Shown piece by piece: positions 13,441-24,086 of a stretch of DNA of 64,000 nucleotides. Origin of the DNA: Vicugna vicugna (lineage: Eukaryota); the NCBI GenBank assembly GCA_013265495.1, contig MU061579.1, forward strand, positions 2,415,319 through 2,479,318. The letters are read 5' to 3'. Every line of letters begins with the position of its first letter. Position 1 is the first letter of the stretch. The notes beneath the pieces were generated by a model, which was not told the origin of the DNA, did not search any database, and was given only the letters and a program-made list of their open reading frames with translations. The position numbers and the translations under genes are program-made.

Positions 13441-14731
13441 TGAGGTTTTGAGTAGATACATTCATCTCTGTATTTCCCACCAAATATATTTATAGCAAGT
13501 AAAAGAATATCTGTTTGTCTCATACACACCCCTCCTGTCCTCGACCTTTGTGGTTTAAATTGGGAAGCAATGAGTTTGTTCTTATAGGTGAATGATGCAG
13601 TACTTAATTGAATCAATGCTCAGTGCTTCATTGCCAGAATGTTATCATCTGCTACAGTGGTGGCCTTGTCCAAGAAAATGTTAGTTTTTGTGTATCAAAA
13701 TAATTACCATGCACTCTGTCTTCCCAAGCTATTTTGAACAACTACTTATAATGATTTAATTTGCAGGACTGTGTGTCTTAATAAGCTTTAGCACTGAGCT
13801 TTCTGAGAGCGACGTGGTCTACATGTAAACTCTTTGCAAACAGCATCTGAATTACAGGCAGAGACACATGTTAGGAGCTGCCAGAATTGTGTTTGTTGTG
13901 GCTGCCTGGTTAGCTGCTGCTTGAACAGCTGAAGTATGAGCGTATTGGTCGATCAGTGCCAGCTCAAACAAGGAGGGCGCCAACCCACAGGGAAGTTAGA
14001 GTTGTGTGCAAAGCTAGGCTGGTAAAATTTGGCTGGGATAGATGGTGAAAGAGTGAGTTAAGCTATTTAATATGGCATCAGTGTACCTTAAGAAATGCAC
14101 GACAATCTTGTGTATTTCAAAGACAGAATTTCATATATACCCAATAAACTGCAAAAGAGGTTCATGTTGACCCAAAAGATGGAGCCTGCCTTCATGTATA
14201 ATAGAATGGGGAATGAAGTTGCTTGTGGAAAAAAGTCAAATCTGAAAACTAGCTTGAACTGAACTATTCACTCTAACTGGATAATTGTTATAATTCATTG
14301 ATTTCATTGTGTATAAATAGAGGACGTTTTAAATCTAAAGCTATTAGCCCAGTTTCATCACAATTACTTTACAGGCTTTGCAGCAAAAAAGTTACATCTT
14401 AAATCTGGCTCATATGAATGACTATAATAACAGTATGATTTTTAAAATAATGTATATGGATGATTCACCAAATCAAGGCTTTCTATGTTAATTTCTGCCT
14501 GGATATAAGTTAGGGAAAGATCGAGAGAACTTTCTAAAAACCATTCAAATATATATCAGAGAAGCTGAGTGAAAGAGTGAGAAACTCCCTGACTGGAACA
14601 TTCCTACTAGGACTGTATTCTCTGGCAATGCCTGTTCTAGAAACTTACTCTGGTCACTCTGGAGAACACCAACCTCAGTGAAGAAGTAGGAGTCACTAGT
14701 CCAGAATTCTTTTGATAACACTACCTGCAGT

Positions 14732-14755
14732 TGTGTGTGTGTGTGTGTGTGTGTG
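14732..14755. repeat. (TG)12 microsatellite
   Basis: Read directly. Confidence 0.95.
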
Positions 14756-15181
14756 AAACCTGGGACAATCACAAGTATTAACAGAGAATTATAGAGCTCA
14801 TTCTATGGATTTAAGTACAAGCACAGGATGCATATTTTAAAACTTTAAATGATATGTAGTAGGAGTATTATGTTAATTTTATGTTATTTATGACAGAAAC
14901 TAGTTAAAACAAAACAACTTATCAGGGTATGTTTAAGGCAATCATCTATCTTCCAGTCCAGTTTTGATTCCATTTCTTCCTGAGGGTCTCCCATTTTTCT
15001 TTTTCTACCTTCCCTGACCTTGTGTCTGTGCTGGGAAGTGGCTTTCGTGAATTGAACCCTTAATGTTATATGCAGAAATGTTCAAACTTTCTGTCAGCGT
15101 TGGTGCAAAAATTTCTGAATATACAGGATCTTTGTATGTGCTTTTGTGAAGGATCTGCTTTTCTTCCTTTGGTCTCTGCAG

Positions 15182-15196
15182 TACGCTGGCCACCAG
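15182..15196 (+). other. Candidate 15-nt in-frame microexon of PCDH7
   Basis: ctgcttttcttcctttggtctctgcag|TACGCTGGCCACCAG|gtacac. Strong acceptor, weaker donor. Confidence 0.3.
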
Positions 15197-16649
15197 GTAC
15201 ACGTTGTGCATAGACTAGAGCTTCTCTTGCTACGAACATGGCTCTTTCCACGTCTGATGAAGTGAGACTTCCCCGTGTCCCCTGGTGATGAAAAGGAGGT
15301 TTTATACTCTGTTCCTTTAGATGGAAGAGCCCACTTCCTGACTGGGTTCAGTGCTAAAAGTGGATTGCCTTTGGGCTGAAATATGAATGCCATGATATTT
15401 TCTATTTAACATTATTAACCATACTTCCTGGCCCCTGAAAGCCAGCATTTGACTCTTTATTTCACATCAATTATCATAAAGTTATTTGCAACAGAAGAAA
15501 AGGTAGTGGGTGAAATGACCACACTCATTTTAAAGGGATCTTATGTAGACTTGTAATACTGGTTCAGAAATTCTTTTAGAATAGCATTCTCTTTCTGAAA
15601 GTGGCATTAAGTGTGATTTGTGAAAGAGCATGAGTTTCATTCTTGATATTAGTCCCTAGTTTAAGAAGTTAAATTAAGGATGACCGTTACAGCCTCCATT
15701 AATAATCCATTACGGCTTTCTAACCATCAATCTTTTAACTTCCTCAGCCTGCGTGATACTTGTAAACTCTACTAACTTTTGGATAATTATTTGATAACTA
15801 CTCACACTCGAAAAAGCTAGTATCATTTACTTATTTTCTTTACTTTTTAATTTATGTAATACATTTTCTTTATTTTTAGTTTTCAAGCTGTTTTTCTGTA
15901 ATACTCCCTGTTGTAAAAACTTAACCTTATCTACACTGTTCATGTATTCTCAAAGCAACGTATATCTAGCTGATAAAATTACCCAATTCTTGTTATGACT
16001 AAGCACTTAATGTATACCAGTAATGATGTGAATACATGGGTGATAGAATGTAAATTGAAGGCTAAATGGTGATAGAAATGCATTTTGCATTTGCATTTTT
16101 TTTTCTTTTTCGCAATGAAGCGGGGACGGGTGATACAAATATATGTGATGGAAGGCCTGTTAACTGCCACACTGAATCGCTGAAGCGGTGTAGTTCAGCA
16201 GAGAGACACCCCAGTGGTGTAATGAGAGAGTGAGAAAGTGGTCTTGATAATTAGAATGAGTCAAAAGCAATATCCCGCCTGCTTTAGCCTGCACAGATGA
16301 TGGGGAAGGAAAATATTCTTTTCTTCTGAGACAGAAACAGGACATCAGTCAAAATGATAAGAGATGTCAGTATAATATTCCTTTGAGTCAGGTACCAGTG
16401 AGCTCGGCATCTGGGACTAGAGCTTCTAATCTTTGTCTTTGGGCTTTGGCGTAATAGATTCTGTCTCAATATGTATCTTAAAAAGTTCACAGTTCTTAGC
16501 TGGGAGAAATAAAAGTAGTTCATAATTTAGTGGGGGAATTACAGTCTTAAGTCTGTGAAGCTAAAGCCTTCTGATTTTTTTCTATGTTAACTTGAATAAG
16601 AAATTTATGTTTCTTAAAATGTGTATGAAATTCCTTATCTTGTTGGAAT

Positions 16650-16778
16650 TTTATATACATTTATATATTATTATATATAATATATTTCTATTTTATATAT
16701 AATTGATATTCAATTATTATAAATTATATATCATATATAATTACATATATAAGAATTACATATATAATTATATATGTA
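16650..16778. repeat. AT-rich low-complexity tract
   Basis: Degenerate (TA)n. Confidence 0.8.
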
Positions 16779-17654
16779 AAATGCCTTTACATAGAAAAGT
16801 TTGATTAGCAAAGTTTTTTTTATTTGTAGTTGTCATTAAATTCACTTATGAATAACCAAAAACTCAGTCATTTTTATGCCAGCTAAATGAACCAGCTTAA
16901 GGCAAAAGCCCTAACATATAAAATATAGTACTGCTTCAATTTTAGTTTGTCATATTTACAAAGAAAACTACAGCAGATGAAAGATATATTACTGGGCCAA
17001 TGAAAGGAAAAGTTTATCTTAAAATTGCTTTAATCTCCAAGGCTAACATAGACCATGGCCATGTTTATAATATAAAGTCAGTAACTATCACTCTATTCCT
17101 ATGCCCCAAGCTAAAACCTGAATTTTTCTTCTTAAATATGAAATTTCAGGTAGTAGAGATTTCTGAAAAAATGAGAAATGTAGTGAGAGAAATGTAGAAT
17201 TCAGTCGACATAAACTGACTTTCTAAAAAGAGAGCGGCAATAACAGTGGACTGAAACATAAGGCATCCAGCAAAATATACACTCTAATTATCTGAGAAAG
17301 AGAGAGGGGGAGAGGATTCCAAGTAATTGAATAATCCTCTTAACTAAGTTAATTGCTGATTCAGTGATTCAGTGTTTGTGCCACATGGAAACCTGGAAAC
17401 CCATTCTTGGCAAAAATGCCACAAGAAGAGACAAATCCTATTTTCGTGATTCTGTAGGCACCTGCCTCCCAGCTGGAAAAGGTAAGGCTCACAATGGCTG
17501 TTTTTATTGGGGAGGAAATTAACTGAGATCATTTACGTAAGAGATTTGGAACATTCCTGGCACAAAGTAACTTTGCAGTTAATTGTAGATATCATGTATT
17601 AGCGAATATTGATTGATTCAGTCACTCTTCTCCCAACTGCACATTGAGCATTGT

Positions 17655-18140
17655 GTGCGTTAGTCATATAATGAAAAAGAATAAACTGTGCAGGGAAGAC
17701 TGCAAGACTCAGTGGCTTAAGACAATAAGCATTTATTAGTGGTTGAGTGGCTCTTCCCATCTGGGCCATGCTGAGCTGCTCTTGGTGGGGTGCTCTCTGG
17801 CCCACTGGGGGTTGCCAGGGGGCTGCTTTGCTGATCTTGAATAGACTCTTTCATTTGTCTTCTGCTGGGACAACAGGGCGACTCTAACCCAACAGGCTAG
17901 CTCAGGCTTATCCTCATGGCTTGGCAGGAATAAAACAAAAGCAGGGACACCCAAATGTGGGAGGTGTTGCTTTGCTGCTTCCACCTCATTCCACTGTCCA
18001 AAGCAAGTCCCAAGGCCAGGCCTCATTAGTGTGAGGAGGCAGCTCCACTGTGTGATGAGAAAAGCTACAAAGTCAAATGGCAAAACAGGCAATGGAACAG
18101 GAAAGGGCAGAGAATTAGAACCATTTTAGGACTTTACCTT
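17655..18140 (-). mobile_element. Old MaLR LTR (MLT1 family, subfamily uncertain)
   Basis: actcagtggcttaagacaataagcatttatt...caggctagctcaggcttatcctcatgg...aaagcaagtcccaaggccaggcc is typical of MLT1. Confidence 0.7.
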
Positions 18141-18849
18141 AGGACCATGCAAAAAGAATCATCGATTGCTCTACTTTTGAAATGTCTTTACCCATTTTTA
18201 CTACTGTAAGTTTGTCATTCTCAGTCTTTTTCCATTCAAAACAAAGCAGTGCAAACAGACAAAGAATTGAGCCATGGAACGACCGAATTAATCAAAGATA
18301 TAAAAGGATAGATCAAATTCATTGATAAATTGTTACATGATGGACATGTATTCATATAGAGGTTAAAAATATCATGGTGAATATCAGCTGGCTTTTATTT
18401 CTAGGTTTAAATCAAATTAAATTTATTTAATTTTTAATATACAAAGGACCAGATAAATATATGTTCATTGTCATGTGCTTCTTATATAAAGGCTTATTTC
18501 TGGAAGTCCTAACCAAATTGATATTCTCCTGGTTGAAACCATGGAAGACATGGTTTGCTTTCCCAAACATGTGTTGCCAAGTACCTAATATGAGTACTCT
18601 GCTGTGGTTTGCCATTGGTACAGCCAGTGCTTCACCTGATATTGATAATGTAGGTGATAGATTCCTAAATTGTTTTTCATTTTCCTATAAATCAGGCAGA
18701 TTTCATTACAATCTTGCCTTAGACTCAACTGACAGCCATCCTAAAATTTTTAGTCTCAGTGTAAACTGACTGCCCAAGGAAAGTGTGTGGCCCCACTGAA
18801 GGCTCGATGTTATTAATCAGCAATGAAAAGGATGCACAGAACAATCACC

Positions 18850-19110
18850 ATCACAGTAGTGTTTATTGAGTACTCAAAATGCTCCTGGCTGCCTAAGCCT
18901 GTTCTAGGTTTGTTCCATGTATTATTTATTTCATTTAATATTCACAGCAACCCTGGGAGGTTGGTACTATTTTTATCCCAGTTTGCAGCTGAGGAAACTT
19001 AGGAGAAAAGTATTAAAAATTCCTTAAGGTCACCTATCTTATTGCTGGAGCTGTGATTCCAACACCGACACTCTGGCTCCGAAGTGCCAACACTCTCACT
19101 GTCCACGATA
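18850..19110 (-). mobile_element. MIR SINE, near full length
   Basis: tttattgagtactc...tcatttaatattcacagcaaccctgggaggttggtactatttttatcccagtttgcagctgaggaaactt...tctggctccga. Confidence 0.85.
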
Positions 19111-19709
19111 GACAGCTTTCCCGTACAGATAACCACCTGTGAAGCTAATCATCTGTTATTGATTATTTAGTATTTTCCTGCTAAGAAAACTGATGTCATA
19201 TACTTATGTGGGACCAAGATTAAGTTCAGTTAGTGGCTCTCTACTGACATTAAATTTTACCATGCCTGGAGAAGTTAACAAGAAATACAGAGAGCATAGA
19301 CTGTGTTTGTTCAACTAAGCTGTTTAGTGGAAAGAGAAAGAAAAACTAATCAAATGTCTGATACCTTCTTACAAGTTTTAAATTGTGTTAATGACTTACT
19401 GGCAACCCTTCTGCTTTGTCATCTTTGCCTGAAAAGCATCTGCGAAGTTTTATTTGTTCAATTAGGGAAACTAAGAGATGTGAATTTCCATTAGCTGTAA
19501 AATGAGTTTTGCTGATTAAGCTGAAAGATTGAAAACTAGTTTGTCATCTCATATACACCAAGAAAGATATTGCTGAAGGAAATTCATTGTTTTGACCCAG
19601 CAGTTCATGGCTTTGAATATCAGAGGATAAATCTTGAAATCTAAAACACCGAAAGCATTTTACATCATCTAAGGATCAAGTTAACTTTCATGTAGGAAAT
19701 GTCACTGAG

Positions 19710-19905
19710 ACCTGTTTAGCACAGGGAACTTTATTCAATACCTTGTGAAAACCTATAATGAAAAAGAATGTACGTATATGTATATATACATGTGTATATA
19801 TACGTGTATATATATATATATATATCTGAATCACTGTGCTATACACCAGAAATTAACACAGCATTGTAAACAGACTATACTTCAATAAAAAAATAAATAA
19901 ATAAA
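19710..19905 (+). mobile_element. 5'-truncated L1 3' end (cetartiodactyl/camelid type) with A-rich tail
   Basis: tagcacagggaactttattcaataccttgt...tgaatcactgtgctatacaccagaaattaacaca...actatacttcaataaaaaaataaataaataaa. Confidence 0.88.
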
Positions 19906-20524
19906 CTTTAAAACAGTTTCCAAACCTCAAAAAAAGTCATTGTTAAATATAAGTCTGTATTTATCAACAGAATTTCATACTGAGATTCACATTGCAGATA
20001 CTCTGGCTGAGGTCAGTCTATTTGTGATTTCATAAAGATTCATTCCCAAAGTCCATGTTCGTATTTATTCTAGAAAATTGACTTACTCTTCCAAGGTACA
20101 AACAAATATTTTCAATGTACATTATATGTGGCCTAGAGCTTATCTTGTAATTTGCAATATAAAATAATATTTAAGCAGAAGTTCAATACTTTTTGTTATT
20201 TACTAGCTTAAATAATACAGATATTCATTCCAAATTTACATATGTGGACATAGTCTCTAACCATGATTAAAAAAACAAGCAAATAAGAATAACAACAACT
20301 CAGAGACACAGAAGTTTCAAACATCATATATTCTGACACCAATAAGCAATTGTGTGTCGTGAACACCCTAAGAGCTAGTAGAGGAAGATGAAGACTTCCC
20401 AGCCCTAACATGCTTCACAATAATTAACTTAAAATCTCCTCTGTGTCAAACCATTCCCACAGAGGATTATAGTTTTTAAAGTTTTTCTTTTGGGCTCTAA
20501 CTACTGGCTTCAGCTGTACCCTTA

Positions 20525-20725
20525 GTATGTCATGGACTCAGGAGATAGACTGAGTTCAAATTCAGCCTAGGGTACTTCCGAGCACAGTGACTTGGACGAG
20601 TGACCTAACTTTATTGTGACTCATCAAAATGAGGATTTAAAAAAATAAGGACAAAAACATTAAATGGGTTAATAGGCAAGCATTTAGAACCATGAGTGGC
20701 ATCTAATAAGCATTTTATAAATATT
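20525..20725 (+). mobile_element. MIR SINE
   Basis: agactgagttcaaattcagcct...gtgacttggacgagtgacctaact...aagcatttagaaccatgagtggcatctaataagca. Confidence 0.75.
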
Positions 20726-23259
20726 ATTGCAAATTCTAGAAGTTCAGTACAGGGACAGATGTTAGTTATCTGAGAGACTTCTTTTTCTTGGAGTTTCCTT
20801 AAATCCCATTTGCTGCCTTTTTATTTATTAACCTGTAAGCATCAATGTATACCTCCCCTCAGTTGCCCAAACTGATGAGGTTTGATGATGTCCTATGTCT
20901 TTCTTTAAGCAGATAAGATTTAGTTGCTAGTATGTGGTACAAGAACCCTATAGACATTACATTATTTGAAAAATTAGTTTTGTCCTCTTGTGTCCAGAGC
21001 TGCATCTGATCTAAATGTTTTCCTTGGGCTTTGTGTAGAGCTGGCGTATTTGATTTGTACAATGATTTGTATTTCCATAAAGGTTATTATTAGGGAAACA
21101 AAGAAAATCAAGTACTTAGGAATTACCACAAAGAATCAAAGCCATTTGAATCTCTACTTAAGGTCTTTCAGGAGGCAAAACATTTTGAATGAGAATCTAT
21201 CTTTATCAATACTGTGTGCTCAGTTGGTGTAACATGCTGTGAGCTCTCAGGATGAAGAGGAATCTCAAATCCATGAAGCAAAGCTTCTCTGTTGTTTACA
21301 GTATTTAAAATAAATTGTTTCAGTTCTCTGTTGGGTTGCTTCCTGTTGAGAAGAACCTCATAATTAAAAACAGCCACTGGAATGGAATTACAATGCAGGT
21401 ATTTTGACAATGTAGACACCTGGTATATTATCTTGAAATAAACTGACCTATGGTTATTACCAATAGTGTCCTTTCTAGGCGGGATTTGCATAACTACAGA
21501 GAATTAGTCCCTCTGCCCATCCTTTTGAAAAGAGCACAGGATATTTAGTAGAGACGAGGTAATTATGCTATTTGGGATAATAGTCAGATTTACTGTCTAG
21601 GACTGCTATTCTTTACACTACGTGAATTTCAGGATAATTGCTCAGATCCTGTGTAGAGGAAAGCTGATTCATTTTTTCAGCTTTGCCTTTACGCTCCCTT
21701 TTTATTTGTATTGTTATTTTTTTTAATCAAGCAGATCTAGCATTGCAAGCAAAAACGCCATTTAATATTAAAATTGACCTTTTTTCTGTATTTGGGCTTT
21801 GTCTGCTGGAAATCTTTGAATTGTAATAGGTCAAAATTTGTTCAAATTATGACTGCCTTTTTTTGTCCAGTATTCCATTAACATGTCTCTTGTTGTCTAA
21901 TATTTATGAAATAAGTAAATACTATAAATTCCCTTTTTTGTATAGAATATTTGGTAACTTCCTATATGTATGCATGTACACAAATTCCTCCTTCAGAGTG
22001 AATGAAATGTTCATCGGCAAAGTCAAGTGGCAAGTTGAAGGAATCCTCTATTTGACTATTAAGAGAAAATCACAGGATAATTATATTATTAAAGTGAAAT
22101 ATTTTGCATTTTAATTGTGATGATGCCTATGTATTGTATCTTAAAAAAAACTTTACTTAACAGAATAAATGCTCATTAAGGGGATATGTTACATATTGTT
22201 TCCTCCTCTTCTATATTAGCAAATTAGCTTTTTAAAAATTTTGTGACATAGTGGAGCTGAAAATTAGGCATTTTGTGGCTTATCCTGTAAATTATCCGCT
22301 TATAGTATCATACTGCATAGGCAAATCCAAAATCTTACTGAAATACCGTAAGAAGTTTATTTTATTCTGTGTTCAAGAATTAACTTTAACATAGTCTCAG
22401 AGATGTTTTCTCTCGAGTTTTGACCACGTGGCTATGAGAAATTTTGCAAATCACTAAATAACTCTTCACAACAATCTACCAAACTCTTAACACATTGTCA
22501 CTTAATTTATAGACAATTTGATAAATTTAAAAGTTAGGCACTTTAAGCTCATAAGCCTACCATTCAAATGGTTTCATACTATTCTGTCTTTCTTTTTTTT
22601 TTTTCCAATTAAAAACTTGTCTAGTCAGAGAAATCACCTCATATAATTACAACCATACTATGACTTCTGACATTTAGGTGATGGGTTATTACATATTTGC
22701 ATGGCCTTGGTGGGTAAATACTCAATCAGTATATTGATATTATTTTAAATACCCAGAATCCACTGAGATCCTGCCTTCTAGGTCATCATCTGTTCAGTGG
22801 CCTGTAAATCACTCAAATCTGTATTCAAAATGCTCTTCTTTTGTGAGAAGGGGAGAGATGGGGAGAAAAAGAAGAGGGAAGGAGGAGAGAGAGCGACTTG
22901 AGCCTGTACACCTATTGCAACAAGCAAAACTCCTGTTATTAAATCGGACCCCTTAAATAAAATACGCAAGAGCTGTCTTTCAAAGACTTCTCTTAAAGCA
23001 TGAAATTGTTATATGGCATCCTAATTTAGCCAGTCCACAAAGCTATCTGTGATGGCAGAAAAAGGTTCTTTCTTGAAATGGATGCTTCATTCTTTTCCTC
23101 CCAGTCGCTGTTCAACGTCCTTTGTCTATTTATATTCGTTATTGCCGCTGTAGGAACAGTGCGGTTTTTCATGACTTCATTGGCATGGGACGCACCGATT
23201 CAGTTTTGCTGTCAGTTCTGACCGCTTTCTTTCCCTCCCCCCGCTTTCGCTTACTGAAG

Positions 23260-23420
23260 ATCTGCAAATGGAAGCAGCAGCGTACACAGGATAGTACAGT
23301 GCAAAATAAACAGCACATCACGCGTTGTCACGTTCAGCTTGAATTTAACAGAACCGCACGCGCTGAACAAAGAACACAGAGACGCTTACGAACAAACAGT
23401 ATATTTTGATGATTTTTTTG
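23260..23420 (+). other. Candidate alternative stop-containing exon of PCDH7
   Basis: Branch CTGAC 23218-23222, an AG-free pyrimidine tract, AG 23258-23259 and donor TTG|GTATGT at 23420/23421. The phase-1 reading is (D)LQMEAAAYTG* (TAG 23292-23294). About 19 CpGs in 23101-23400. Confidence 0.55.
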
Positions 23421-23685
23421 GTATGTAATGATTTTTTTAAAGGATGCTAAGTATTATTAGCAGTCCTTTGAATTTTTGCTATGTTATTATTATGGATGGT
23501 TTTTATTCCCTTTAATGTATTCAAGTGGGAAAGAGAAAGTAGTTTGGTAAGATGATTGATGTGGTAACTTCACAGTTTTGTTGTGAAATATGTGCAGCTA
23601 TTTAGTATGAATTCTTTATTTTCAGCTCATTCTTTAATTTTCTACAGCTAGCATGATCGTCAAATAAATTTTGTTTTTAAAGGTT

Positions 23686-23689
<4 letters not shown>

Positions 23690-23716
<27 letters not shown>
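23690..23716. repeat. (AT)n microsatellite
   Basis: Read directly. Confidence 0.95.
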
Positions 23717-24051
23717 GTATAAGTTATATTCATTCACTTTATGGGAAACTGTAGGACTCATATTTTTCTTAAATTTTACTATAAGTAATAGTATTAATAC
23801 AATGTAATGAATTCTTTATTATAACTCACATAACTAGGAAAAGAATTCTTTTAAACATACACATTCTATGCTTTCCTTCCTTCTCATAATCATGGATAAG
23901 AGAAAGTGATATTGAATTTTAAAGCAGTTTAACAAAGGTAATTGGCTCTCACACAACAGAAAATCAGTTTAAAATATACGTTTTGCCAGCTCGGTGAATT
24001 CAGCCTGTTATTGCCGATGAATTCACATTTATTCTTTGTCTTGCAAAACAG

Positions 24052-24086
24052 ATGAGAAAAACCTCCATTGTATCCAAATGCCTCAG
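24052..24086 (+). other. Candidate 35-nt cassette exon of PCDH7
   Basis: tttattctttgtcttgcaaaacag|ATGAGAAAAACCTCCATTGTATCCAAATGCCTCAG|gtatgg, with branch-like TTCAC at 24022-24026. Confidence 0.4.

Noticed and set aside
23122..23409. 95-aa ORF over the CpG-rich island as a standalone gene
   Set aside because: It starts at TTG and runs through a branch point and pyrimidine tract. Its frame needs a phase-0 entry, whereas the PCDH7 intron is phase 1.
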